Counted from the first letter of the stretch, positions 16,809 through 26,664 are shown. The stretch: 32,000 nucleotides of DNA from Okeania sp. (GCF_035285525.1 NZ_JAYKGW010000128.1:43995-75994); one strand, 5' to 3'. Notes: generated by a model not told the origin, from the letters alone. A program made the numbers and translations.

Positions 16809-19691
16809 ATGAGTGTTTTTCGTAATATTGTGGTAATGGGAGTGATTGGAGTAGTTATTTCAAATGTAGGTCAGGGTTCTTCATCCTTCCTAATTATTAA
16901 CTCCCAAAGTGATACTTCTGAAAATTCGATTTTAGACCCAGAAGAGGTCAGGGAAGAATCTGTTGAGGTTCCAGAAGCTCAAAAAGTAAAATCGGATATT
17001 AATCTAGAGAATTTACAATCAAATTCTTCAGGTACAGAAGTAGCATCAAACAAACACTCAGAAGAGAATATTAATCAACAATTATCTGAGTCAAAATCTA
17101 ATGAAGGGATACTTTCGGTATTAGAAGAATTGGAAGATATATCTAAACACAAAGATAGTTTATTTGTAAAGTTAAAGTATCAAACAAAAAAAGAAAGTAT
17201 TTCTACTTCTGGGTTAAAAATTCCACAAAATATTAGTAGTTATAGTTTTGCAGAAAACCAGAATTATAAGTTTAGCATAGACGAAAAAAAATTAGCAGGT
17301 TTAGGGAAATTAGATTTTCATTTATTAGATTTGCCCAAGTCGAACTCAGGAAATTATCAGGTTGAAAATAATATTAATAAGCCTATCATTCCAGAGAATA
17401 AAAATACTCAAAAATTAGCAAAATCGAATAATTCAGATTCTAATTTATTAGATTTGCCCAAGTCGAACTCAGGAAATTATCAGGTTGAAAATAATATTAA
17501 AAATTCACTTATTTCCAATGCTAAAAATACTCAAAAATCATTGAATCCTGAATCCCAAAAATTAGCAAATTTAGAAAATTTATCTTCTCATTTATTCGAT
17601 ATACCAGAGTTAAAATTAGAAAACTTTCAGGTACAAAATCAAATTAATCCTCTTCTAGGAAATAATTTGGCACAATCTATTTATCTAGGCAATAAAGACA
17701 CTCAACAATTTAATCTTGAATCACCAAAATTAGCAGAATTAGATTTCAATTTATTAGATTTGGCAGAGTCAACATTAGAAACAAAAAATACTCAAATTGA
17801 AACAGCAAAAATTCAGACAAACTTCCAGTCATCAACAACAGAAAATCAGAATCAACAAAACCCAATTAATACAAAAATAACACCTCAAAGAAATCCAACT
17901 CTGGGAAACTCTTACCAAATGATGACCAGTATTAATAACGCTCCTGTCATGGCAACCATAAACGACTTTTCCAATATTGAAACTCAAGCATCTGCACTAA
18001 ATAACTCCCAACCAAATAACAATTCTGTAATTAAATTACCAGGTAGAACTAATCAAACTATAGTATCAATTATTCAGCGACCACCTACTTTTGGAAATAC
18101 TTCAAAACAACAAAATTCTGTACAAATAGAAACAAGCCTGAATCCAAATTCAACGACTAAAACAGTTCCTAATTTAGCAAAGATTGAAAATCAAAAACAT
18201 TCATCAAATAATAATAATAATAATAATAATAACTTGATTATTGCCCAACAAAACACTCAAAGTTTTCCAGCACCACCCCCAACAGGAACCTTACAAACAA
18301 ATCCTCCCTCTCAAATTTCTCCCAACTCCAATCCACTATACTTCCCCATTACTCCCGAGCAAGTACAAATCAAAGAAACAATACCAATTACTTTAGAGCA
18401 AGCTATTGATTTAGCCCGACGCAATAACCCAGAAGTTCAAACTGCTCAACTACAAGTTGAAAGAAGTCAAGCTGTCTTGAAAGAGACTCAAGCTGATTTG
18501 TGGCCTAGTCTTACTTTCGATTCAACTTTACAACGAACAGAAAGTGCCGGAGGTGACTTGAGTGTAAAACGTAATGAACGTCAAGCCGAAGTAAATGGTA
18601 CTGCACCACTTGAAAATAATGAAAATTTCCCTAGCACAAGTTTTACCAATACACTGCAACTTACTTATGACTTTGATATTGATAAATCTCGTTCTTCCAG
18701 GATTGGAATTGCTAGAGAACAATTGCGTTTAGGAGAGTTAGAGCTAGAGAGAGTTCTAGAACAATTGCGCTTAAATGTATCTAGTGATTACTATAATTTA
18801 CAAGAAGCAGATGGACGAGTCAGAATTGGAGAAGCTGCTGTGAGAAATGCTCGTAAAAGCTTGGAAGACGCAGAAGCTCTAGAGAGAGCCGGAGTCGGAA
18901 CCAGATTTGATGTATTGCAGTCTCAGGTAACATTGTCAAATGAACAACAAAACTTGACCAATGCACTTCGAGACCAACGTAGTGCCCAACGTCGTTTGGC
19001 AGAAACACTAAATGCCAATGAGTTGATCAATTTGACTGCTGCTGACCCGATTGAACCGATCGGGTCTTGGCCTCTATCTTTAGATGAAACAATTTTAACA
19101 GCTTTTAAGAATCGCTCTGAGTTAGAACAGCAGTTAGTACAGAGAGATTTAAGTGAAGAGCAGCGCCGACAAGCTCTTTCTTCAGTCAGACCAGATTTGA
19201 ATTTCTTTGCTAGTTATACTATATTGGCACAAACTACTGATGACGAACGTTGGCTCGAAGGTATCAGAGGTTGGGCTGATGGTAGCGCATTAGGATTCAA
19301 TTTTACATGGAATTTCTTTGATGGTGGAGCAGCAAAGGCTGCTGCTCAACAGAGCATAATAGATAGGAAGATTGCAGAAAGTAGGTTTGAGGAGCTGAGA
19401 AATCAGATTCGTCGGGAAGTTGAGGAAGCTTTCTTTGGTTTGGAAGCGAGCTTTAAAAATATTTCTACTGCTGAGTTAGGTGTGGAACAGGCAAAAGAGG
19501 CTTTACGTTTGGCACGACTAAGGTTTCAAGCTGGTGTGGGGACTCAGTTAGAAGTTATTCAGCAGGAGACAGATTTAACTAGAGCTGAAGATAATTTGTT
19601 AACTGCGATTATTGAGTATAATCGGTCTTTGTCAGAATTGCAACGATCTGTGAGTAATCTTCCTGATGAGAGGTTGTCTAATAGTCCATAA
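16809..19691 (+). CDS. TolC-family outer-membrane efflux channel (HgdD-like) with an N-terminal N/Q/S-rich repetitive extension of about 520 aa
   Basis: 960 aa. From about nt 18387, ITLEQAIDLARRNNPEVQTAQLQVERSQAVLKETQADLWPSL and two coiled-coil/beta repeats typical of TolC/OEP proteins. The N-terminus has a hydrophobic signal/anchor, VVMGVIGVVISNV. Confidence 0.85.
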   Translation: MSVFRNIVVMGVIGVVISNVGQGSSSFLIINSQSDTSENSILDPEEVREESVEVPEAQKVKSDINLENLQSNSSGTEVASNKHSEENINQQLSESKSNEGILSVLEELEDISKHKDSLFVKLKYQTKKESISTSGLKIPQNISSYSFAENQNYKFSIDEKKLAGLGKLDFHLLDLPKSNSGNYQVENNINKPIIPENKNTQKLAKSNNSDSNLLDLPKSNSGNYQVENNIKNSLISNAKNTQKSLNPESQKLANLENLSSHLFDIPELKLENFQVQNQINPLLGNNLAQSIYLGNKDTQQFNLESPKLAELDFNLLDLAESTLETKNTQIETAKIQTNFQSSTTENQNQQNPINTKITPQRNPTLGNSYQMMTSINNAPVMATINDFSNIETQASALNNSQPNNNSVIKLPGRTNQTIVSIIQRPPTFGNTSKQQNSVQIETSLNPNSTTKTVPNLAKIENQKHSSNNNNNNNNNLIIAQQNTQSFPAPPPTGTLQTNPPSQISPNSNPLYFPITPEQVQIKETIPITLEQAIDLARRNNPEVQTAQLQVERSQAVLKETQADLWPSLTFDSTLQRTESAGGDLSVKRNERQAEVNGTAPLENNENFPSTSFTNTLQLTYDFDIDKSRSSRIGIAREQLRLGELELERVLEQLRLNVSSDYYNLQEADGRVRIGEAAVRNARKSLEDAEALERAGVGTRFDVLQSQVTLSNEQQNLTNALRDQRSAQRRLAETLNANELINLTAADPIEPIGSWPLSLDETILTAFKNRSELEQQLVQRDLSEEQRRQALSSVRPDLNFFASYTILAQTTDDERWLEGIRGWADGSALGFNFTWNFFDGGAAKAAAQQSIIDRKIAESRFEELRNQIRREVEEAFFGLEASFKNISTAELGVEQAKEALRLARLRFQAGVGTQLEVIQQETDLTRAEDNLLTAIIEYNRSLSELQRSVSNLPDERLSNSP
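17320..17500 (+). repeat. In-frame intragenic duplication: 58 nt perfectly identical at 17320-17377 and 17443-17500 (offset 123 nt = 41 codons)
   Basis: atttattagatttgcccaagtcgaactcaggaaattatcaggttgaaaataatattaa occurs twice and encodes LLDLPKSNSGNYQVENNI. More diverged copies of the motif follow (LFDIPELKLENFQVQNQI, LLDLAESTLE). Confidence 0.9.
18207..18233 (+). repeat. (AAT)8 AAC microsatellite encoding poly-Asn (N9) inside the TolC-family gene
   Basis: Read directly; in frame. Confidence 0.95.
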
Positions 19692-19756
19692 ACTTTTATC
19701 AGTTATCAGTTAGTACCTCCTTTATAACTCCCTTCCCTATTCCTCTTGATTCTTAA

Positions 19757-20013
19757 TTAGAGTTTGCTGATTAAATAGGGTTTGCGTATGGAAAGTCTTC
19801 TGGTCAGGGGAGGAGTCAGGAGTGAGAAGGAATGGGAAATGAGTGAGAAAGCAGAAGAAAGAATTATCCCTTGATGTTTCTGTCATAATCCAGTCAAAAT
19901 CCTAACTTTTTGACCGTTTTAGAACGAAGACCTTGTACCTTTTCCAGATCAAAAAAGGCACTTACCTTTACCTATACCTATTAAGATTTTGATATTTAAT
20001 CAGCAAGCCCTAA
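19757..20013. mobile_element. Family D MITE-like element(s) downstream of the TolC-family gene
   Basis: ttagagtttgctgattaaa followed by tagggtttgcgtatggaaagt, running to gattttgatatttaatcagcaagccctaa. Confidence 0.6.
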
Positions 20014-20167
20014 ATATCCCTCCCATTAACAGATAAAAGTTTAAAGGATTTTAGGTACTGATTTATCGGGAACCCTAAAAGTAGGAGATTCTCGGTTGAT
20101 GGAGGGAAAAAAGTAAGCCTAAAAGGGGTAATTATGACATAAAAATTAAGAAGTAATTATAAATGAT

Positions 20168-20277
20168 ATCATGTCCGGTAGCATCAGAGCCTGTATAAAA
20201 CAAGGTGGAAATCCCATAAAAGCTTCAGCATAGCTGGCTTCCTTCCACCAAAATCTAATTATTCAACCGGACATGAT
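20168..20277. mobile_element. 110-bp MITE, family B (perfect 12-bp TIR ATCATGTCCGGT ... ACCGGACATGAT)
   Basis: TIRs read directly. Solo ends of the same type lie at 3264-3275 and 10229-10238. Confidence 0.75.
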
Positions 20278-20478
20278 CTGACCACTTCTTCTACAACTCC
20301 ACCCTTCTCCTAATTTTGTAAGGACGTTGCATAGTCCCTACATACTCCCATCAATTTTTCTAAGGGTGACAAGATTTTGGTCAGAAGAGAAATCATCAGG
20401 TTGTACAAAACAAGGCAATAAGTTAAAGTTCTTAATATTAGTTAAAACTTTATAACAATAATAAATTTTTAATTCATC

Positions 20479-20784
20479 ATGGCCAACATTAAGTTTGAAA
20501 ACGAAAATCAGGAAGTAATTGCTGCAGATGGAGCTAATTTAAGGCTTAAAGCTTTAGAAAATCGTATTGACATTTATACCTTTACAGCCAAAATGATGAA
20601 TTGTGGTGGCTATGGACAATGTGCGACCTGTGTAGTGGAAATTGTTGAAGGTTTGGAAAACCTTTCACCCCGTACTCCAGTAGAAGAACGAAAGTTGAAA
20701 AAACGGTCCCCAAACTGTAGATTAGCTTGTCAAACCCTAGTTAATGGCCCTGTGGTTGTCAAAACTAAACCAAAACGCAAATAA
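20479..20784 (+). CDS. Small 2Fe-2S cluster-binding (ferredoxin-like) protein
   Basis: 101 aa. The Cys pattern is [11 protein letters not shown] ... RLAC. Confidence 0.7.
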   Translation: MANIKFENENQEVIAADGANLRLKALENRIDIYTFTAKMMNCGGYGQCATCVVEIVEGLENLSPRTPVEERKLKKRSPNCRLACQTLVNGPVVVKTKPKRK

Positions 20785-20830
20785 TGATATTCTTATTCTG
20801 TAAAGTATTTAAAATCAAGGATAGGTAATC

Positions 20831-20935
20831 ATGGAAGTTAACAATCTAGGATTTGTAGCAACCATTTTGTTCATATTTGTGCCAGCCGTTTTCTTAATCA
20901 TTTTGTATATTCAAACTGCTAAAGAGGAACGGTAA
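20831..20935 (+). CDS. psbM: Photosystem II reaction centre protein M
   Basis: 34-aa [37 protein letters not shown], matching the PsbM pattern MEVNxLGxxAxxLFxxVPxVFLxILYxQT. It is below the size cutoff of the ORF track and is followed by a terminator. Confidence 0.9.
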   Translation: MEVNNLGFVATILFIFVPAVFLIILYIQTAKEER

Positions 20936-20960
20936 AAATTTAGTATTTTCTTAAAATTAA

Positions 20961-20999
20961 AGTAGGAGCAGATTTTTTATATTACACTCCTACTTTTTT
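20961..20999 (+). terminator. Rho-independent terminator after psbM
   Basis: The stem agtaggag (20961-20968) pairs with ctcctact (20987-20994) and is followed by a T-run. Confidence 0.7.
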
Positions 21000-21064
21000 G
21001 AGTTATCAGTCTTTTGTCAGTTATCAGCGTTTCTACATGGAGGCAGAGATTACAGCAATTTTAA

Positions 21065-21220
21065 GGATGATAAATTACACTTATTTGTAACATAGCCTTC
21101 TAGGCTATAACAACCAGGATGATAAATTACACTTATTTGTAACATAGCCTTCTAGGCTGTAACAACCTGGATGATAAATTACACTTATTTGTAACATAGC
21201 CTTCTAGGCTGTAACAACCT
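21065..21220. repeat. Three tandem 52-nt units, each with the hairpin ATAGCCT-TCT-AGGCTAT/G
   Basis: ggatgataaattacacttatttgtaacatagccttctaggct(a/g)taacaacc(a/t) starts at 21065, 21117 and 21169. There are no unique spacers between units. Confidence 0.9.
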
Positions 21221-21262
21221 GGAAGGTTGTCTTACTAAAATTACATACTTCCAGACTTCATT

Positions 21263-21298
21263 TTCTGTCCCACTAACCCCTTCTGTCCCACTAACCCC
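21263..21298. repeat. Two tandem 18-nt units (TTCTGTCCCACTAACCCC)
   Basis: Read directly. Confidence 0.9.
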
Positions 21299-21354
21299 GA
21301 AATTACAGCAATTTCGACTTGTTTTCAGTTATATAAGTTTGCCTGTAGCACTTT

Positions 21355-22200
21355 CTAGCGCACTAATAATACAGGACAATTTGCATAAACCCTTACATAA
21401 TCTGATAAAGAATTTCCCAATAGTTGATCCAAATCTACAAGACTCTTAGCAACCGAGGGACGGCGATCCGGCGAACCTAAGATTAATAAATCTACATTTA
21501 ATTCCTGGGATATCTTACAAATTTCTGGTCCAGGTTTACCACTCCCACTCACACAGCGATATTTTGTAATACCCTTTTTTTTCGCTTCTGCTAAAGCTTC
21601 AGCTATAACAGGGTCTTTTTCAGCATCAGTAGTATAATCCTGACTCGATTTTCCACTACCATTATTTGTCAAATGAGTTAAAATTAATTCTGCCCCAGGA
21701 CATTGACTCACCATAGAAATGCCCATATTTAGAGAATTTTTCCCTTCTTCTGATGAGTCTAGGGCAACCATAACACGCCTGATTTTTTTGACATAGACAT
21801 CATCTTTTACCAGTAACATTGGATGGGAAGTTAACTGGAAAACATATTGACTAACCGAATTTTCCAAAATAGCTTGCAGTTTGCCTAACCCCCGTGAACC
21901 CATAATAATTAAGTCAGATTCTTCTTCATCAGCTACTTGACAAACAATATCTTTCGGGTCTCCTTGTTTGAGTCGAGAATTAATTTTTTCCGGAGCTACT
22001 TTTAGAGACTTAACAGCTTCAGCTAGAAACTTTCCACCTTCTTCTAATTTGGCTGACATAGCTTCTGCACTAGCTTGAGGCTGTACAACGTGCAATACAG
22101 TTACAGATGCTTGTTGAAAATAGGGAATGTCCATCAACATATTTAGCATCTGTTCACATAATCCCCGACCAGCAATTGCCACCAAAACTTTATTAATCAT
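21355..22200 (-). CDS. Universal stress protein, tandem USP domains
   Basis: 281 aa in two halves, each ending in a USP-like nucleotide-binding segment (LIIMGSRGLGKL; LLILGSPDRR). Confidence 0.8.
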   Translation of the reverse strand: MINKVLVAIAGRGLCEQMLNMLMDIPYFQQASVTVLHVVQPQASAEAMSAKLEEGGKFLAEAVKSLKVAPEKINSRLKQGDPKDIVCQVADEEESDLIIMGSRGLGKLQAILENSVSQYVFQLTSHPMLLVKDDVYVKKIRRVMVALDSSEEGKNSLNMGISMVSQCPGAELILTHLTNNGSGKSSQDYTTDAEKDPVIAEALAEAKKKGITKYRCVSGSGKPGPEICKISQELNVDLLILGSPDRRPSVAKSLVDLDQLLGNSLSDYVRVYANCPVLLVR

Positions 22201-22299
22201 ATCTTAAAATTATCAGATTATAATAACTTTTAAACTATGATAAATCTTTTGTGGCAGTGGTAAAATTGAAAAATGTAGAGTTTTATTCATTTTTGTAAA

Positions 22300-22785
22300 G
22301 TGGCCTCATCAGAAGAATTTATACCTAAGTTACCTACAAGTGCAATTGAAGGTCAATCTATTCAAAAACCGGAAATCTGGTTTGAATATGTAGTTCGCGC
22401 TCATCCCCATCATACAGACTATGCAGGTGTTGTTTGGCATGGAACTTATATTTCCTGGATGGAGGAAGCACGAGTTGAAATGTTACGTTCTATTGGTGTT
22501 GAATTTGCTGAGTTAGTGAATCTTGGTTGTGATTTACCAGTAGTCGAACTTTCAGTACGCTACCATAAACCCGTGAAGTTGGGGATGGTAGTTGTGGTCA
22601 AAACTCGCATGGTCAATACTGAAGGGGTTAGGTTAGAGTGGGATTACCAAATTAAATCTTTGGATGGTCAAGAATTATATGTTACTGCTAAGGTGATATT
22701 AGTAACTGTTGACCTGAAGAAAGGTAAGATTATGCGTCGTTTACCTCCACCAATAGAAGCAATTTTGACTAAGCTTTCGACGTAA
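22300..22785 (+). CDS. Hot-dog fold acyl-CoA thioesterase (4HBT/YbgC family; possibly the DHNA-CoA thioesterase of phylloquinone synthesis)
   Basis: 161 aa with a GTG start per the track. HTDYAGVVWHGTYISWMEEARVEMLR is a typical 4HBT N-terminal motif. The specific substrate is an inference. Confidence 0.7.
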   Translation: MASSEEFIPKLPTSAIEGQSIQKPEIWFEYVVRAHPHHTDYAGVVWHGTYISWMEEARVEMLRSIGVEFAELVNLGCDLPVVELSVRYHKPVKLGMVVVVKTRMVNTEGVRLEWDYQIKSLDGQELYVTAKVILVTVDLKKGKIMRRLPPPIEAILTKLST

Positions 22786-22842
22786 AGAAAGAAGGAAGAA
22801 CGAAGAAAGAAGGAAGAACGAAGAAAGAAGGAGGAAGAAAAC
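22786..22842. repeat. Purine-rich 18-nt tandem repeat (AGAAAGAAGGAAGAACGA, about 3 units)
   Basis: Read directly; starts 1 nt after the thioesterase stop codon. Confidence 0.85.
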
Positions 22843-22928
22843 TTTTACAGCAGTTTACATTATAATTCACTCCCCCGTAGGGGTTTGATATCCAAACCCT
22901 TTACAAATTAGGAGTTTCCTTCTTCCTT

Positions 22929-23690
22929 CTAACTCACCAGAGTATCCAAAATTTCATTTGTTATATCAAAATTAGCGGTGACATTCTGCACATCATCGAG
23001 ATCATCAAGAGCATCCATTAACTTAAGTAGCGATCGCCCCTGTTCCGGATCGCTCACCTCAACCGTATTACTAGAAATCCACCGAAACTCTAGCCCACTC
23101 ACATCAAAACCTTTTTCCTGTAATACCTGACTTAAATTTTCTAAGTTAGTAGTTTCTGTAAACACCTCCGCACCTTGAAAATCATCTTCCGAAATTACTT
23201 CATAATATTCCGCTTCTCCTTCCACAGACGCTTCCAATAACTCATCCTCATCATAAGTCCCTGTAATAGTCACCACACCTTTATGGTCAAACATCCAACT
23301 CACACAACCAGTCTCACCCAAGTTACCACCATTTTTTGTAAATGCCCTTCTCAGGTCTGCTGCTGTACGGTTACGATTATCTGTTAATGCCTCAATTAAA
23401 ACTGCTATACCACCCGCACCATAACCCTCATAACGAATTTCCTCCAGTTGACTACCATCATTTAACTGACCCGAACCCTTAGCGATCGCCCGCTCAATAT
23501 TATCATTGGGAATACTTGCTGCCTTGGCCTTTTCAATAGCGGTGCGTAACTGAAAATTACCAGCAGGGTCAGCTCCATTACGAGCCGCAACAATAATTTG
23601 TCGAGATATTTTCGCAAAAACTTTTCCTTTTACAGAATCGACTCTTGCTTTCTGGCGTTTAATATTTGCCCACTTACTATGTCCTGCCAT
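22929..23690 (-). CDS. YebC/PmpR family DNA-binding transcriptional regulator
   Basis: 253 aa with the hallmark N-terminus MAGHSKWANIKRQKARVD. Confidence 0.92.
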   Translation of the reverse strand: MAGHSKWANIKRQKARVDSVKGKVFAKISRQIIVAARNGADPAGNFQLRTAIEKAKAASIPNDNIERAIAKGSGQLNDGSQLEEIRYEGYGAGGIAVLIEALTDNRNRTAADLRRAFTKNGGNLGETGCVSWMFDHKGVVTITGTYDEDELLEASVEGEAEYYEVISEDDFQGAEVFTETTNLENLSQVLQEKGFDVSGLEFRWISSNTVEVSDPEQGRSLLKLMDALDDLDDVQNVTANFDITNEILDTLVS

Positions 23691-24013
23691 TTAATTAAAA
23701 TTAAAAAAATATATTCTTATTTGAGGAATCTTAATAACTACTTACAGCTAAAAAAATCTGTAAATCTGCAAAATAGTTATTAAATTGTTATATAGCAATA
23801 TAGCAATCCGTTGAGAGGTTATGACAAATCAAAAAGTAAATAAAAAAACTGAAACCTCTACCTGTTAACTTTTAAGCGTTCTCTGTTCCCTAAGAGCTTT
23901 TGAATTTTATACACGACTCAAATAGGATTGCTAAATACTTTAGGCTTTAAAAGTTTGGTAACTATTACAAAGAAAATATAAAATTTTCTTACCTCTTAAT
24001 TAAGTAGTCGGTA

Positions 24014-24126
24014 CTGATAACTGATATAGTCATTCTGATTTAGATTGGGACAAGGTTTTCTTGCTGTGAAAGGGTTTTCGCTGAAAAAGTGTTCCATTCT
24101 TATTCGGAATGACTATAACTGATAAT
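24014..24126. mobile_element. Small inverted-repeat element (ATAGTCATTC ... GAATGACTAT) flanked by CTGATAA-type heptamers
   Basis: The 10-bp perfect IR lies at 24026-24035 and 24107-24116. Confidence 0.4.
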
Positions 24127-24301
24127 ATCAAATCCGCTTAATTCAGTATAAAAAAAATTTTCATCTTCATCCAAGAGCAAATGTTTCTAAATTCTCTTTC
24201 TTCCTGACTCCTTCATTTACGTCGCCAATCCGACGGTTCCCCTACCTGAGTCCTGACTCCTAGATTAACTATCTAATTACACCGATACTACCGGATTTAA
24301 T

Positions 24302-24330
24302 ATAACTGATAACTGATAACTGATAACTGA
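24302..24330. repeat. Heptamer STRR (ATAACTG x4) just downstream of the histidine phosphatase stop
   Basis: Read directly. Confidence 0.9.
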
Positions 24331-24347
24331 AAATACTCGCTTCCTAA

Positions 24348-25013
24348 CTAAACAAACCTGACATTAGTTTCTGTATTATATAGATGAGAAGTATCCCCAT
24401 TTAATTCCATAACCCATTGTTCCTGTTGCCGGATAATCTTGACTAAACAACAAAGAGAAGCTTTAATTTCGTGGTGAGCAACTTCACCAACTAATCCAGC
24501 AGCACTCCCAATAACTGAAGCACCATGTCCTATCAATAAAATATTTTCTGTAGGGAACTCTGCTGCTAAACGCTGAGAAACTTCTCCAGTGCGCTTCATA
24601 CAAGCTTCCCAGTTTTCGGGATATTGGGGAGTACCATTTTTGTAAGAGAGGTCAATTCTGCTATAATGTTGGGCTAGATTTTCTCTAGATAAAGTTTCTG
24701 GCATAGCAGACATCCATTTTGGATTTAACCATTCACATAAATCCCAGTCTAATTTAATAGATAAATCAAGAACTTTTGCCACTTCATTAGCAGTTTGTAC
24801 AGTTCGCAGAAATGGAGATGCAAAAATCTGGGTAATGTTTTCTCCTATTAAACGATTTGCTAGTTGTTGTGCTTGAAGGATACCATCATCTGAAAGATGG
24901 GGGTCATAAGGTCTTTCCGCAGTATTAAACCATTCAGGGTTAACAAAGTCGATGCGGTTTCCATGCCGTGCTATCCAGACTGTTTGTTGGAACATAAATT
25001 CATCTTTATGCAT
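24348..25013 (-). CDS. Histidine phosphatase family (phosphoglycerate mutase-like) protein
   Basis: 221 aa with the RHG motif (VWIARHGNR) and a second His (LLIGHGAS). The true start may be the internal Met 7. Confidence 0.8.
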   Translation of the reverse strand: MHKDEFMFQQTVWIARHGNRIDFVNPEWFNTAERPYDPHLSDDGILQAQQLANRLIGENITQIFASPFLRTVQTANEVAKVLDLSIKLDWDLCEWLNPKWMSAMPETLSRENLAQHYSRIDLSYKNGTPQYPENWEACMKRTGEVSQRLAAEFPTENILLIGHGASVIGSAAGLVGEVAHHEIKASLCCLVKIIRQQEQWVMELNGDTSHLYNTETNVRFV

Positions 25014-25129
25014 ATTGCCACATCAAATATATTATAGTAATTATTGGTCTGGTGATTAAATATCAAAACTTTGACTGATATTGGTTCAACGTTTTTTTGG
25101 ATAATAAAAAGTGTCAAAAAATTACTAAA

Positions 25130-25222
25130 TCAGGACTTACGCTGTTACCCTAGATATAGTAGTTAAAATCCCATAGGCAATAGTTTTTTAACTCTACATA
25201 TATTACCTTTGCGTAACTCCTG
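25130..25222. mobile_element. Family A MITE, short 93-bp variant
   Basis: caggacttacgc ... gcgtaactcctg. The interior is near-identical to 16683-16773. It lies 117 bp upstream of the 25013 start codon. Confidence 0.8.
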
Positions 25223-25646
25223 TAAATTAATCTTTAACACTCTAGATTTTTCCTCATCAAACTAGGGTGTGTGGTCAATTAGATGTTAGAAGCTTTATCA
25301 ACAAAAGTAGTGGACTGACAAAGCTAAAACTGTTCATTACATCATTGGGGGGGCGGGTTTATCTAACTCACTTTGAAAATCGTTCATTGTAGGGAAGTTG
25401 CATGCAACGTCCCTAAAGAGAAACCTGCCCCTACCGACCGTAAAATTTCAGGTATGCACTCGCTGTATCTGAACCTACCCAACCGCGAGCGCCATTTTTA
25501 CATAACAGAGAACAGCCTTTTTGTCAACTTATTTAATTGATGACACGCCCTAGGAGAAATGTAGAAAAATTAACACCTACAACCATTGCCCCCATACCTA
25601 TTGCCCCCATACCTATGTTGAACAAGAGACTAAAGAAGCGCAAACC

Positions 25647-25953
25647 CTAATTATTGCTCTGCTGATTCAATATAGAAGCATTGACAGATAAAAGCTTAAG
25701 CCTTTTTTAGGTCGAAAAAAGTACCTAATTTTCCGTCCCAAATGCTCCCTAAGTGAGTATTCGGGTAAGATTTGGGCAGAGTTGGCAAGGGATAATTTTT
25801 CCAAGTATGTCTTTTACAACTCCTTATTCCTCTTGACTCTCTATGGACATTGCACAAGGGGGTCTCTACCTACTCCCTACTCCCTACTTCCTACTTCCTA
25901 CTTCCTAACTTCGCCAAAAGACTTAAAGAAGCGCAAGCCCTAATATAGGATTG
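25647..25953. mobile_element. Family D element (reverse orientation) with an adjacent solo end fragment at about 25625-25650
   Basis: aagaagcgcaa(a/g)ccctaa occurs at 25634-25650 and 25936-25953. The internal ctactccctactccctacttcctacttcc STRR is the complement of the gtagggagtagg blocks in other copies. Confidence 0.5.
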
Positions 25954-26011
25954 ATTGCCATTCCTGGAATCCCTAGTTGTTGAATATCTTGTCTCACAAA
26001 ATAGATTAAAT

Positions 26012-26509
26012 TTAATAACAACCTAAACTTTGGCGAGTTTCTACACCTGTGATGGGATTCTTTCCGGAAGCTGTTTCACACATTAATTTTGTCTGATAGC
26101 GGTCTACCATTGCTTCAGAAAAATCAGCCCCTGTCACTTTTGCATTACGGAAGGTGCTACTCATCAACATGGCATCTGTGAAAATAGCATTGGTTAAGTC
26201 AGTTTGATCGAAGCTAACTCTATCTGCAAATGTCTGAGTAAAATCTGCTCCTCTTAAGTTAGCTCTCAAAAAGTCTCCTTTTGTCAGAATTGTATTTTGC
26301 AAATTTGCACCTTGAAAATTTGCACCCCACATGATTGCACCAGCAAAGGAAGTACCATGTAAATCTTGGTAGGAAAAATCTCGATTGCTTAAGTCTGTGA
26401 GGGTATAGTTAACATTATTTTCCTCTGCTTGAGCAGGATAGATATTAATTAGGCTAAAACCTGCAACTGTCAAAATTAAAACCAATACTAAAATTATTTT
26501 TTTGAACAT
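26012..26509 (-). CDS. Pentapeptide-repeat protein with an N-terminal signal peptide (lumenal/periplasmic type)
   Basis: 165 aa. The signal-like segment is MFKKIILVLVLILTVAGFSLINIYPAQA, followed by A(D/N)LxX repeats (ANFQGANLQNTILTKGDFLRANLRGADFTQ). Confidence 0.85.
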   Translation of the reverse strand: MFKKIILVLVLILTVAGFSLINIYPAQAEENNVNYTLTDLSNRDFSYQDLHGTSFAGAIMWGANFQGANLQNTILTKGDFLRANLRGADFTQTFADRVSFDQTDLTNAIFTDAMLMSSTFRNAKVTGADFSEAMVDRYQTKLMCETASGKNPITGVETRQSLGCY

Positions 26510-26664
26510 TAGGATAAATACTTATTAATAAAACTGATATAGAAAAAACGCCACAAAGTGATAAATTAATTTTTACTTCCTGCTTCTACTCAGAGCCATG
26601 TTATTGACTGTTAGTTATCCACAGGCATTAAAATTAAAACTTAACACATTCCTTAAATTAATAC

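Noticed and set aside
18528-19008. ORFs 18528-18722 and 18820-19008 (-)
   Set aside because: They are antisense within the conserved TolC portion.
21065-21220. Possible CRISPR array (regularly spaced 52-nt repeats with hairpins)
   Set aside because: The units are directly contiguous with no unique spacers, there are only three copies, and no cas genes are present. It is a plain tandem repeat.
21046-21314. NsiR1-like tandem sRNA array of heterocystous cyanobacteria
   Set aside because: I cannot recognise the promoter motifs or the sequence of that family here, and the units (52 nt) have no obvious promoter plus terminator each. It is kept only as a generic tandem-repeat finding.
23598-23783. 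ORF 23598-23783 (+)
   Set aside because: It overlaps the yebC-family N-terminus antisense and continues into an AT-rich spacer. The translation is low complexity.
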